Source: Vulcanimicrobiota bacterium
Lineage (GTDB): Bacteria; Vulcanimicrobiota; Vulcanimicrobiia; Vulcanimicrobiales; Vulcanimicrobiaceae
Direction of reading: 5' to 3'
DNA: 64,000 nt
Assembly (NCBI GenBank): GCA_963812155.1
Contig: CAWETW010000005.1
Span: forward strand, 1 to 64,000
Each line of letters starts with the position of its first letter. The first letter of the stretch is position 1. Positions 45,831 through 54,983 of this stretch are shown one piece after another. The notes below the pieces were generated by a model that was not told where the DNA came from, did not search any database, and saw nothing but the letters and a program-made list of their open reading frames with translations. The position numbers were made by a program, and so were the translations under genes.

Positions 45831-47204
45831 ATGAAACGCATCTCTGGAATCGCGGCAGCCGCCGTCGCCGGTTTCCTCATAGGAACGCTGCCGGCCGCCG
45901 CTCAGTATTCCAACGAGTTTTCGCCCGCGAAACTCCTCAAACAAGGCAAAACCTCGGTCGACATCGCCGGCACGGGCATGGTCGTCGTCCAAGTTCAGGT
46001 CAACGCAGATGGCTCGCACAAGGCCATCAAAGTCATCAAGTCGACGAACCAGGGCGACAACGGCGCCGCGATGGACATCGCACAGAACTCATCGTACCGG
46101 CCCGCTCATCGCGGCACGACGCCGGTGACCGCGTTTTACGATTTCACGCTGAAGTTCAACGGCAAGTCGGTTGCCAACGCGGAATCCGACAGCGGCGGGG
46201 GAGGCGGCGGAAGCGGCTCGGACTCGAGCCTGAGCCCGGCCGCGCAATCGGTCGCCGCCCTGATCCGTCAAAAGAACTACAGTGGGGCGAAGTCGCGCGC
46301 GCAAGCGGATTTGATCTCCGCTCCCGACGACCAGTCGCTTCGACAGATGCTTGGCGTGGCCGCGTTCGATAGCGGCGACGTCTCGACCGCTGCCGCCGCG
46401 TTCGACAAGGTGCCCACCATCGGCAAGCAGTTTCAACCGGCGGCTGCGGCAAGCTTTGCGGCGGCTTCGGTTGCTGCGGTCGATCAGAATCCGCAACAGG
46501 CGCTCGCCTACGCGCAGAAGGCCGTCGCGCTGAATCCCGACGCGAACTCGCGCTTTGCGCTGGGTACGGCCCAACTCGCCAACAAGCAGTTCGCCGACGC
46601 GGTCACGACCCTCAAAGCGGTGCGCGCTTCGGCGATGAACGATCCGAAGCTCTCCAAGTCGGCGAAGGTGAACATCGACGCCAGGCTGATGAGCGCGTAT
46701 CTGGCCACCGGCGACTCCCAAAGCGCTGCGACCATTGCTTCGGAAATCAAGCAGCTCGACCCAACCAGCACCTTGCCGGGCCGAGTGCTCGGCAACACCT
46801 ATTTGAAGATGGGCGTCGACGCCGCAACGGCGCTGAAATACGACGACGCGTTCAAGTACTACGAGATGGCCGCCGCGCAGGGCGACGCCGAGGTCGCCGT
46901 CACAGCCGACACCGAAGCCGCGTTTCTCGTTACGAAGACCCAGAAACCGGACTTTAAGAAGATGCAGGCCTATGCGGATAAAGCGATCGCTGCGAAGCCC
47001 GACGACGCGCAGGCAAACTTTGCCGAAGGCATCGCTTTGACGGGCCAATGGGCTCAAAGCCACGACGACGCCCAGAAGAAGAAGGCGCTCGACGCGCTCA
47101 ATCACGCCGACTCGCTCGCGAAAACGGCGGGAAACGAGGCGCTTGCGCTGTCGATCGAAACGTTCATCAAAAACAACCTCGCTGCGACCCCCGCCGCCCA
47201 ATAG
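45831..47204 (+). CDS. Secreted TonB C-terminal domain + TPR-like helical repeat protein
   Basis: Signal peptide ending AAA-Q, G.VVVQVQVNADG...VIKS...AAMDIA..SYRPA (TonB_C-like), Gly/Ser linker and TPR-like AQKAVALNPD repeats. Confidence 0.75.
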   Translation: MKRISGIAAAAVAGFLIGTLPAAAQYSNEFSPAKLLKQGKTSVDIAGTGMVVVQVQVNADGSHKAIKVIKSTNQGDNGAAMDIAQNSSYRPAHRGTTPVTAFYDFTLKFNGKSVANAESDSGGGGGGSGSDSSLSPAAQSVAALIRQKNYSGAKSRAQADLISAPDDQSLRQMLGVAAFDSGDVSTAAAAFDKVPTIGKQFQPAAAASFAAASVAAVDQNPQQALAYAQKAVALNPDANSRFALGTAQLANKQFADAVTTLKAVRASAMNDPKLSKSAKVNIDARLMSAYLATGDSQSAATIASEIKQLDPTSTLPGRVLGNTYLKMGVDAATALKYDDAFKYYEMAAAQGDAEVAVTADTEAAFLVTKTQKPDFKKMQAYADKAIAAKPDDAQANFAEGIALTGQWAQSHDDAQKKKALDALNHADSLAKTAGNEALALSIETFIKNNLAATPAAQ

Positions 47205-47312
47205 TATGAGGAAGCAAAAACGCACCAGGACTTTCCGCGAGGGTGGGCCAATGGGGGGGCCTCTGAGTCCATTGCGCGGCGAAACGTAGCGGAACGGGAG
47301 GAACTTAGCACC

Positions 47313-47984
47313 GTGTTTTCCGGATTTATCGGTCTCATGCAACAGGGCGGCTGGGATATGTGGCTGCTCCTGTTAATCTCGATCGTCGGCTTGGCGGTCG
47401 CAATCGAGCGCCTCGTTTTCTTCTGGTCGCAGCACGGCGATTCGAAGGGGCTTTTGCGGCAGATCGGCCAGAAAATCGCTGCCGACGATCTCGACGGCGC
47501 GATCAAGATCTGCAGCGCGCAGAAGGGCATGCTCCCGCGCATCCTCGAGTTCGGCTTGCGCCGCGGCGAGAAGAATCGCGCCGACATTACCGACGCGCTC
47601 TCGATCGCGCTGATGGAGCACCTGAACTCACTGGAGCGCAACCTTGCGATCATCGGCACGATCGCCGTCATCGCGCCGTTCGTCGGCCTGTTCGGAACCG
47701 TGCTCGGCATCATCAAGGCCTTCCAAGACATCGCGCTCAAAGGCAACTCTACGCCGGCCGTCGTCGCGGCGGGCGTGTCGGAAGCGCTGATTACAACCGC
47801 CAGCGGTCTGATCATCGCGGTCATCGCGGTCGTGTTCTTCAACTACTTCAAGTCGCGCATCAAGAACTACAACCAAGAGATGATCGTCGCCGCGAATCAG
47901 CTGGCCGAAATGCTGCACTTCCACAATACCGGCTCGCCGATCCCGACCGACCTCTACCAGCCGCCGGCCGCCGCAAAAAAGTAA
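47313..47984 (+). CDS. exbB: MotA/TolQ/ExbB proton channel protein
   Basis: GG..MW.L, ERL and IAPFVGLFGTVLGIIKAF..GVSEALITTASGL. Confidence 0.93.
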   Translation: MFSGFIGLMQQGGWDMWLLLLISIVGLAVAIERLVFFWSQHGDSKGLLRQIGQKIAADDLDGAIKICSAQKGMLPRILEFGLRRGEKNRADITDALSIALMEHLNSLERNLAIIGTIAVIAPFVGLFGTVLGIIKAFQDIALKGNSTPAVVAAGVSEALITTASGLIIAVIAVVFFNYFKSRIKNYNQEMIVAANQLAEMLHFHNTGSPIPTDLYQPPAAAKK

Positions 47985-48007
47985 GCGGCTGACGCGGAGG
48001 CACGACG

Positions 48008-48421
48008 ATGGGACTGCTCTCGGCGAAACAAGACGAAGAGGTGATGGCGGAGATCAACATCACGCCGTTTACCGACGTCTTGCTCGTGTTGCTCATTATC
48101 TTCATGATTCTCGCCGCGCTGGTGGCTCCGCCCGGCTTCGAAAAGGAGCTGCCCAACAAGAACTCCCAGAATCAGGCGCAGCAGAACAAGAACAAGAACG
48201 ACATCGAAGTCGACGTCAACAACAAGGGCGTCATCTTCGTCGACGGCACGAAAGCCAACGAGCAGAGCATCTATCCCGCTATGCAGGCAGCCGCGAAAAA
48301 GAAGCCCAACCATCACGTCGCCATCGTCGCCGACGCCAAGGCTCCGTACGGCATCATCATCCGAATTCTCGACGCCGCCAAGATCGCCGGTCTTGAGGAC
48401 GTCGGATTCGTTACGTCTTAA
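48008..48421 (+). CDS. exbD: ExbD/TolR protein
   Basis: EINITPFTDVLLVLLIIFM and AD..APYG. Confidence 0.93.
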   Translation: MGLLSAKQDEEVMAEINITPFTDVLLVLLIIFMILAALVAPPGFEKELPNKNSQNQAQQNKNKNDIEVDVNNKGVIFVDGTKANEQSIYPAMQAAAKKKPNHHVAIVADAKAPYGIIIRILDAAKIAGLEDVGFVTS

Positions 48422-48451
48422 CGCGCGAGCAGGACGGAGGAGTTAAAGAAC

Positions 48452-48877
48452 GTGGCCGTTTCGACAGGTGGAGGCGAAGATGAGGTGATGTCGACGATCA
48501 ACATCACGCCGTTTACCGACGTGCTGTTGGTGTTGCTCATCATCTTCATCATCCTGGCATCGGTAACCAAAGAGCCGAAGCTGCCGGACGCCTACAACAA
48601 GGACAAAGTGCAGCCGTCGCAGATCCTCGTGCGCATCGACGAGAAGAACAATATCTCGATCGGTTCGAATCAGGTCAACATCGCCGACGCGAAAACGGCA
48701 TTTGCGCAACTCCAGCAACAAACCGACTACAAATTCAAGAGCGTCATCATCAAAGCCGACCCGAAGACGGCTTACGGCGTCATTCTCCAGGTCATGGACG
48801 CGGCGAAGTCGGTAAACCTGACCGACTTCGGTTTGGCCAACCACGTGCAGGGCACGCCCGAGGGACAGACTCAGTAA
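48452..48877 (+). CDS. exbD: Second ExbD/TolR protein
   Basis: INITPFTDVLLVLLIIF and KADPKTAYGVILQVMD. Confidence 0.93.
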   Translation: MAVSTGGGEDEVMSTINITPFTDVLLVLLIIFIILASVTKEPKLPDAYNKDKVQPSQILVRIDEKNNISIGSNQVNIADAKTAFAQLQQQTDYKFKSVIIKADPKTAYGVILQVMDAAKSVNLTDFGLANHVQGTPEGQTQ

Positions 48878-48881
48878 CTCC

Positions 48882-49650
48882 ATGGCGCAGACACCAAAAC
48901 CAGGCGCGAAGAAACCGGCGCCGCCGCCGCCGAGAAAGTCTCGCTACATCACGACGAGCGAGCGCGTCGGCAGCTTCATCGGCTGGGCGATCGTCATTTC
49001 GCTGTTAATTCATTTTGGGGTCGGCGCGTTCTTACCGAATCTCGCCAACCAACACGAGAACAACGAAGTCGAAAAAGTCACCATGGCCAAGAAGACGAAG
49101 GTGCGCGTGCCAACCCCGCCGCCGAAGCCGACGCCGACGCCGCCGCCCACTCCGACGCCGAATCCGCAGAACACGCCGCCGCCGAAGAAACCGGTCCAAC
49201 AGCCGAAAGCGCTGAAGGTCAATCTCGTCAAAACGACGAGCAACACGGCGGGTGGATCGACGGAGAATACGGTGAGCCAGCCGAAAAACGGCTCCCAGCA
49301 AGGCGTCCCCAACGGCACCGGAAACGCGACCTCCGCGCCGGCCGAAACGCCAAAGCCGGCGTGCGCGAATCCCAACGTCGAGGCGACGGTGACCAACGCC
49401 GTGCAGCCCGACTACCCGGAGTCCGCGCGCGATCTGGGGCTCGGCGCCGTTTCGGTAGAGGTCGAAGTCACGGTTGGACCATCGGGCAACCTCATCTCGG
49501 CAAGCGTGTACAAGAGTGCGAGCAACATGGCGATCGACCAGGCGGCGCTGCGCGCGGCGCGCCAATCCGCCTACTCGCCCAAGCTCATCAATTGCCAGCC
49601 GACGACGGGAAATTATCTTATTCCGCGCCGACTTCCAACCCGACACGTAG
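48882..49650 (+). CDS. tonB: TonB family energy transducer (1-bp insertion near 49619)
   Basis: TM with S..LH motif (ISLLIH), Pro/Thr/Lys linker, PDYPESAR..G and IDQAALRAA; the corrected frame ends YLFRADFQPDT*. Confidence 0.88.
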
Positions 49651-49749
49651 AAAGGCCTGATTTTCCCCAACTCGTTGTCGCGAGCGCCTCATTTGCCGTA
49701 GCAAACTTCGGCGCTCGGCTCCTAGATTTGGTGAAAATCGGCCCTTTTT
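49651..49749. repeat. ~100-bp palindromic intergenic element, copy 2
   Basis: GATTTTC/GAAAATC, CGAGCGCC/GGCGCTCG and TTTGC-CGTA-GCAAA nested stems followed by a T run; homologous to 19479-19581. Confidence 0.75.
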
Positions 49750-49764
49750 AAGCTGAAGAACTCT

Positions 49765-50386
49765 ATGCGCTCTCAATCGCACCAAGCGGTTTCTCATTGC
49801 GGCATTTGCGATTTCGCTGCTGGTGCATCTGCTGTTCGCGTTGCTCGCGCGTCCCTGGCGCGGTCGCGAAGAGAACCAGGTCGAGGTCGTTTCGATTCAG
49901 CGCCGGCCGGTTGCAATGACGAGGCTGCAAACGCCACCGCCTCCCAAGGCAACGCCGAAGCCGCATCCGTCACCGGTGGTCCGGCCGGCGACCGCCCAGC
50001 CGAACTCGACGCCGGGACAAGCCGCCGGAAATGGCGCGGGTGAGGCCACCGCCGCCCCCGTGGCTGCGCCGACGCCGCAACCGACGCCGGCGGGGAACGC
50101 CTGCGCGCGCAACGATCTCGAAGCCGCCGTCGCAGAGAATCCACCGCAGCCGGAGATTCCGACCGCCGCGCGCGCCGACGCAACCAGCGGCGTGGCGGCG
50201 GTCGACGTGAAGCTCGACAGCCGCGGCGAGGTAACCGGCGCGGCGGTTTCGCAGAGCACCGGAAACTCGTCGCTCGATTTGGTCGCGGTCTCGATGGCGC
50301 GCGGCGCCCGCTATACGCCGGCGTTGCACTTATGCAAGCCGGTCGCGAGCGCGTACACGTATCGCGTGCGATTCTATGCGTGGTGA
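49765..50386 (+). CDS. Second TonB family protein (indel near start)
   Basis: FLIAAFAISLLVHLLF TM, Pro-rich linker and GVAAVDVKLDSRGEV..S.STGNSSLD...YTPA. Confidence 0.8.
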
Positions 50387-50443
50387 CGCCGGCGAGCGGC
50401 ACGTTGCGGGACCTCGTCGCCGCCTGGGCGTAACGGATGCGCC

Positions 50444-51289
50444 GTGACGTTTACTCAAGCGATCGTTCTCGCGCTGCTGCAAGGCGTGAGCGAACTCTTT
50501 CCGGTTTCCAGCCTCGGACACACGATTCTCGTTCCGGCCGTGTTGGGCTGGCGCAACATCGACCGCGCCGCGCCGTCGTTTCTCAGTTTCGTCGTCGTGC
50601 TTCATCTCGGAACGGCGATCGCGCTGATCGTTTTCTATCGCGCGCAGTGGGCGGCTATCGTGCGCGCCCTCGCTCGCAGCGTCGTGCGCGGACGGCTGGG
50701 CGACGACCGTGACGAGCGCATCGGATGGCTGCTCGTGGTCGGCACTATTCCGGTGGGTATCTTAGGCGTGCTGCTCGAGCATCCGGTGCGCAACCTCTTC
50801 GGCTCGCCTGCGCCGGCAGCGGCGTTCCTTTTCTTGAACGGGCTCATCATGTTTCTCGGCGAGTTCCTGCGCCGGCGCCGGGCGCAGGGCCGTCCGTTGG
50901 AGAAACTCTCCTACGCCCAAAGCGTCGGAATCGGGTTGGCGCAGTCGGCGGCGCTGTTGCCGGGAATCTCGCGTTCGGGCGTTTCGATGGTGGCCGGTTT
51001 GCTTTGCGATCTCAACCACGAGGATGCCGCCCACTACTCGTTTCTCTTGGCCACGCCGGTCATTTTGGCGGCGGCCGTCCTCGAAGTTCCCAAGCTGTTC
51101 GTGCCGGGCGCGCACGTCGTACTAATTCAAGCCATCGTCGGTGGAATCGCCGCGGGCATCGCCGCCTACGCGTCGGTGGCGTTTCTCACCCAGTATTTCC
51201 GGTCGAACGACCTGCGCCCGTTCGGCTGGTATTGCGTCCTCGCGGGCGCGATCTGTTTCGTCTTGGCGCGTACGGGAGTCATTGCATAG
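50444..51289 (+). CDS. uppP: Undecaprenyl-diphosphate phosphatase
   Basis: LQGVSELFPVSSLGH, LHLGT, PGISRSG and YSFLLATP. Confidence 0.95.
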   Translation: MTFTQAIVLALLQGVSELFPVSSLGHTILVPAVLGWRNIDRAAPSFLSFVVVLHLGTAIALIVFYRAQWAAIVRALARSVVRGRLGDDRDERIGWLLVVGTIPVGILGVLLEHPVRNLFGSPAPAAAFLFLNGLIMFLGEFLRRRRAQGRPLEKLSYAQSVGIGLAQSAALLPGISRSGVSMVAGLLCDLNHEDAAHYSFLLATPVILAAAVLEVPKLFVPGAHVVLIQAIVGGIAAGIAAYASVAFLTQYFRSNDLRPFGWYCVLAGAICFVLARTGVIA

Positions 51290-51480
51290 TGCGAATCCTC
51301 GCTTTCGTTCTCGCGGCCGTTTTCTTCGTCGTCGGCATTCTCTACGGCATGGGCAAGATCAACTGGCTGACGGAGTCCGGGCCGCAACACACGCACCACG
51401 TCACGCACCTCATCGTGTTTTGGTTCCTGGCGCTGCTCTGTCTGATCTGGGCGCGATTCCAGAGCGCGCCGTCGCGTTGA
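51289..51480 (+). CDS. Small 2-TM membrane protein with His-rich loop
   Basis: 63 aa; overlaps the uppP stop and the moaC start; QHTHHVTH loop. Confidence 0.65.
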   Translation: MRILAFVLAAVFFVVGILYGMGKINWLTESGPQHTHHVTHLIVFWFLALLCLIWARFQSAPSR

Positions 51481-51971
51481 CCAAGCTCTCGCACCTGACG
51501 CCGGCCGGCGAACTCGCCATGGTCGACGTGTCGGCAAAACCGGAAACGTCGCGCAGCGCGCGGGCGGAGGCGTTCGTGCGCATGAGTGTGCCGGCGCGCC
51601 GCGCGCTGACCAAGGCGGCGTTGCCCAAGGGCGACGCATTCGTCGCCGCACAACTGGCGGGCATCATGGCCGCGAAGCAGACGCCGTCGCTGATTCCACT
51701 CGCCCACCCGCTGCCGCTTTCGCACGTGGACGTGCGATTCGAATGGACCGGCGGTGCGCTGCGCATCGAAAGCGAAGCGCGAACGGTCGCGGCGACGGGC
51801 GTCGAAATGGAGGCGATGGTGGCGGCGTGCGTGGCGGCGCTCACCGTGTACGACATGTGCAAGAGCCTCGACAAGGGGATCGTCGTCGAAAACGTTCGGC
51901 TGGTGGAGAAGCGCGGCGGCAAGAGCGGGACGTGGCGGCGCGGCGCACGCCGAAAGAGCGCGCGTGTTTAG
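51477..51971 (+). CDS. moaC: Cyclic pyranopterin monophosphate synthase
   Basis: LSHL...MVDVSAK, KGD...GIMAAKQT, TGVEMEA and YDMCKSLD. Confidence 0.95.
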   Translation: MTKLSHLTPAGELAMVDVSAKPETSRSARAEAFVRMSVPARRALTKAALPKGDAFVAAQLAGIMAAKQTPSLIPLAHPLPLSHVDVRFEWTGGALRIESEARTVAATGVEMEAMVAACVAALTVYDMCKSLDKGIVVENVRLVEKRGGKSGTWRRGARRKSARV

Positions 51972-52443
51972 AGCCGCGCTCATCGTCCTCTCCGACCGCG
52001 CCGCGCGCGGCGAGCGCGCCGACGGCTGCATCGCGGTGATGCGCGAGAAACTTGGCGCCGTCTACGAGATCGTACGCGAAAAAATCCTCGCCGACGATGC
52101 GGCGGCACTGCAAGCCGAACTCATCGACCTTGCCGACTCCGTCGCCGCCGATCTGATTCTCACCAGCGGCGGCACGGGATTATCGCCGCGCGATCGGACG
52201 CCTCAGGCGACCGCCGCAATCCTCGACTACCAGGTTCCGGGAATCGCCGAGGCCATTCGCGCGCACTCCTTAGCGTTGGTAAAGACGGCGATGCTGTCGC
52301 GCGCGCTCGCCGGTGTGCGTCATCGAACGCTCATCGTCAACCTCCCAGGGAGCCCCAAAGCGGTCGCGGAGTCTTTGGACGTCGTGCTTTCCGTATTGCC
52401 GCATGCGCTCGAACTTTTAGCCGACCGGGTGGTTGACGGGTGA
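51964..52443 (+). CDS. MogA/MoaB molybdopterin adenylyltransferase
   Basis: SDR..RG.R.D, LTSGGTGLSPRDRTPQA, AMLSR and NLPGSPKA. Confidence 0.92.
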   Translation: MFRAALIVLSDRAARGERADGCIAVMREKLGAVYEIVREKILADDAAALQAELIDLADSVAADLILTSGGTGLSPRDRTPQATAAILDYQVPGIAEAIRAHSLALVKTAMLSRALAGVRHRTLIVNLPGSPKAVAESLDVVLSVLPHALELLADRVVDG

Positions 52444-53783
52444 ATCCCTTCTCGAACTTCGACGCGGCCGACGCCTACATGCTCGGAACGATCGACGAGA
52501 CCGTTTCGCGCCGGACGTCCTACAAACTCGACCGCATGCGCGCGTTTTTGCGCGAGTTAGGCGACCCGCACCGGCAATATCCGGCGATTCACGTCGGCGG
52601 AACGAGCGGAAAAGGCTCGACGTGCACGATGATCGCGGCGGTGCTGCGCGCCGCCGGCAAGCGAACGGGACTGCACACGAAGCCGCACCTCCACCGAATG
52701 ACCGAACGCGCGCGTATCGACGGGATCGCCATTGCGCCCGAGCGCTTCGCGCGGCTTCTCGGTGAAATGATGCCGGCCATCGAGCGCGTCGCCGGCGAAT
52801 TCGGACGTCCGACGTATTACGAAACCCTCCTGGCGCTATCGTTCGCTCACTTCGCGGCCGAACGCGTCGACGTGGCGGTGATCGAAGTCGGGCTCGGCGG
52901 CCGGCTCGACGGCACGAACGTCCTGCAGCCGGAAGTTACGGCCATCACCTCGATCGGCTACGACCACACCGACGTGCTCGGCGAGACGCTCGAAGAGATC
53001 GCGCGCGAAAAAGCCGGTATCGCGCGCGCCGGCGTGCCGTTCGTCGTCGGTCCCGTGCCGCCGGCGGCGCTGGGCACGTTGAGCCAATGCGCGCTCGCGA
53101 CCGGCGCGCCGCTGGTGCGCGTCACCGACGTCGTCGACGTCGAGCCGGCTTCCGCGCGCCCGCCCTACGCTCAAGCGCTCAGCGCGCGTACCGCCTCGGC
53201 GCGCTACGCCATCGATCTGCCCGTGCACGGCCTCTTCCAAATCACGAACGCCGCAACCGCAATCGCCGTGCTCGAGCGATTGCCGCCGTCGCTGCGTCCG
53301 ACTGCGCGCAGCGTCGAGCGCGGGCTCGCGCACGTCGTGATTCCGGGTCGCATGGAGATCTTCGCCGGCGCACCGCCGTGCGTTCTCGACATCGCGCACA
53401 ACGAAGAAAAAGCGCGCAGCCTGGTCGCATCGCTGCGCGAAGCGTTCGGCGGCACGCGTCTCCACTACGTCGTGGCGATCGGCGAAAGCAAAAACACGCG
53501 GCAAATCATTGCAACGCTGGCCGAGTTGCCGGCAACCTTTACGTTTACCGCCTTCGACGTCATTGGGCGCCACGCCACGGATCCGCGCGAACTCGTTTCG
53601 GTCGCAACCGACCTCGGCATCGCCGCGCGCGCCGTCGAGGATCCGTTCGAGGCGTTCGCCACGGTCTGCCGCGATGCGACGCCCGACGACTTAGTGGTGG
53701 TCACCGGATCGACGTTCGTGGTTGCCGCATTGCGCGAAGCGCTGCTCGGCGGCGTCGCGGACGCAGTCGAATCCAGTGCGTAA
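52440..53783 (+). CDS. folC: Folylpolyglutamate/dihydrofolate synthase
   Basis: IHVGGTSGKGST, PHL...ER, EVGLGGRLDGTN, DHTDVLG..IAREKAGI, PGRME and DIAHN. Confidence 0.95.
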   Translation: MNPFSNFDAADAYMLGTIDETVSRRTSYKLDRMRAFLRELGDPHRQYPAIHVGGTSGKGSTCTMIAAVLRAAGKRTGLHTKPHLHRMTERARIDGIAIAPERFARLLGEMMPAIERVAGEFGRPTYYETLLALSFAHFAAERVDVAVIEVGLGGRLDGTNVLQPEVTAITSIGYDHTDVLGETLEEIAREKAGIARAGVPFVVGPVPPAALGTLSQCALATGAPLVRVTDVVDVEPASARPPYAQALSARTASARYAIDLPVHGLFQITNAATAIAVLERLPPSLRPTARSVERGLAHVVIPGRMEIFAGAPPCVLDIAHNEEKARSLVASLREAFGGTRLHYVVAIGESKNTRQIIATLAELPATFTFTAFDVIGRHATDPRELVSVATDLGIAARAVEDPFEAFATVCRDATPDDLVVVTGSTFVVAALREALLGGVADAVESSA

Positions 53784-54636
53784 CACTCCATCGCGCGAGC
53801 GCGGATCGCTGCGCGTTCGCGGCGCCGACTTCCAGTGGGGTGCGCGCACCTACGTCATGGGCATCGTCAACGTCACGCCGGATTCGTTCTCCGGCGACGG
53901 CGAAAGCGGCACCGAAGCGGCGACGGCACATGCGCTCCGCCAACACGCCGCGGGCGCCGACCTGCTCGACGTCGGCGGCGAGTCCACGCGCCCAGGTCAC
54001 CAGCCGGTCGGCGCCGAGGTCGAAATCGAGCGCGTCGTGCCGGTCATTCGCGCGTTGCGCCGTTGCTTACCTGAGACGCCGATTTCGATCGACACGTATA
54101 AATCCGAGGTGGCACGCGCCGCCCACACGGCGGGCGCCGACATCGTCAACTCCGTCTGGGGTTCCCCCGGCGATTTGCTCGACGCCGCCGCCGAACTCGA
54201 GATGCCGATCGTCGCGACCCACAATCGTACCCAAGCCGGCGAGGGAGGCGACGTCGTCGCTGCGGTCGTGGAGTTTTTGACCGAGTGCGCGCGGCGCGCG
54301 CGCGCGCGCGGCATTCCCGACGCACGGATATTGCTCGACCCCGGCATCGGATTCGGAAAGACCGCCGACGAGAATATTCGCGTGTTGAGGTGCCTCGGCG
54401 AAATCACGGCGATCGGATTGCCGACGCTGCTCGGCGTCTCGCGCAAGAGCACGATCGGAAAACTGACCGGCCGGCAACCGCGCGATCGCGCGTACGGCAG
54501 CGTTGCCGCAGCCGCGCTCGCGGTGCAAGCGGGCATCGACGTCGTGCGGGTTCACGACGTCGCCGCCGCGCGCGACGCGATGGCCGTCGCCGATGCGATC
54601 GTCCGCGATTGGAGACCGCCGGAATGGATCGGATAA
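53776..54636 (+). CDS. folP: Dihydropteroate synthase
   Basis: MGIVNVTPDSFSGDG, DVGGESTRPG, SIDTYK, DPGIGFGK, SRK and RVHDV. Confidence 0.96.
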   Translation: MRNTPSRERGSLRVRGADFQWGARTYVMGIVNVTPDSFSGDGESGTEAATAHALRQHAAGADLLDVGGESTRPGHQPVGAEVEIERVVPVIRALRRCLPETPISIDTYKSEVARAAHTAGADIVNSVWGSPGDLLDAAAELEMPIVATHNRTQAGEGGDVVAAVVEFLTECARRARARGIPDARILLDPGIGFGKTADENIRVLRCLGEITAIGLPTLLGVSRKSTIGKLTGRQPRDRAYGSVAAAALAVQAGIDVVRVHDVAAARDAMAVADAIVRDWRPPEWIG

Positions 54637-54983
54637 GACTCTCCGGCATTCGCGTTTTCGGACGCCACGGCGTCACCGCCGGGGAGCGCGCCGGCGCGCA
54701 ACCGTTCGACGTGGATCTGATCGTCGAATGCGATCTTTCGGGCGCGTCGCGCGACGACGAGATTGCGAAGACGATAGACTACGCGCGGCTGCACGAACGC
54801 GTCGTCGCGGCGGTGACCGGTACGTCGCACGCGCTGCTCGAGCGGCTGGCGCGCGGCATCCTCGACGCCGTCTTCGAAGACGCGCGCATCGCGGGCGCGG
54901 AGGTGACCGTCGCGAAACCGCGCGTGCTCGACGGTGCGACGCCGTCGGTGACGCTGGCGCGGCCGAACGACCGTCACACGTGA
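54624..54983 (+). CDS. folB: Dihydroneopterin aldolase
   Basis: MDRIRLSGI..FGRHGV..ER..QPF.VD, TIDY, LLERLA and KP. Confidence 0.93.
   Translation: MDRIRLSGIRVFGRHGVTAGERAGAQPFDVDLIVECDLSGASRDDEIAKTIDYARLHERVVAAVTGTSHALLERLARGILDAVFEDARIAGAEVTVAKPRVLDGATPSVTLARPNDRHT

Noticed and set aside
48655..48680. GGTTCGAATC, a tRNA T-loop-like string
   Set aside because: Lies inside the exbD coding sequence with no cloverleaf context.
49110..49200. CCG-ACG repeats
   Set aside because: Encode the normal Pro/Thr linker of TonB.
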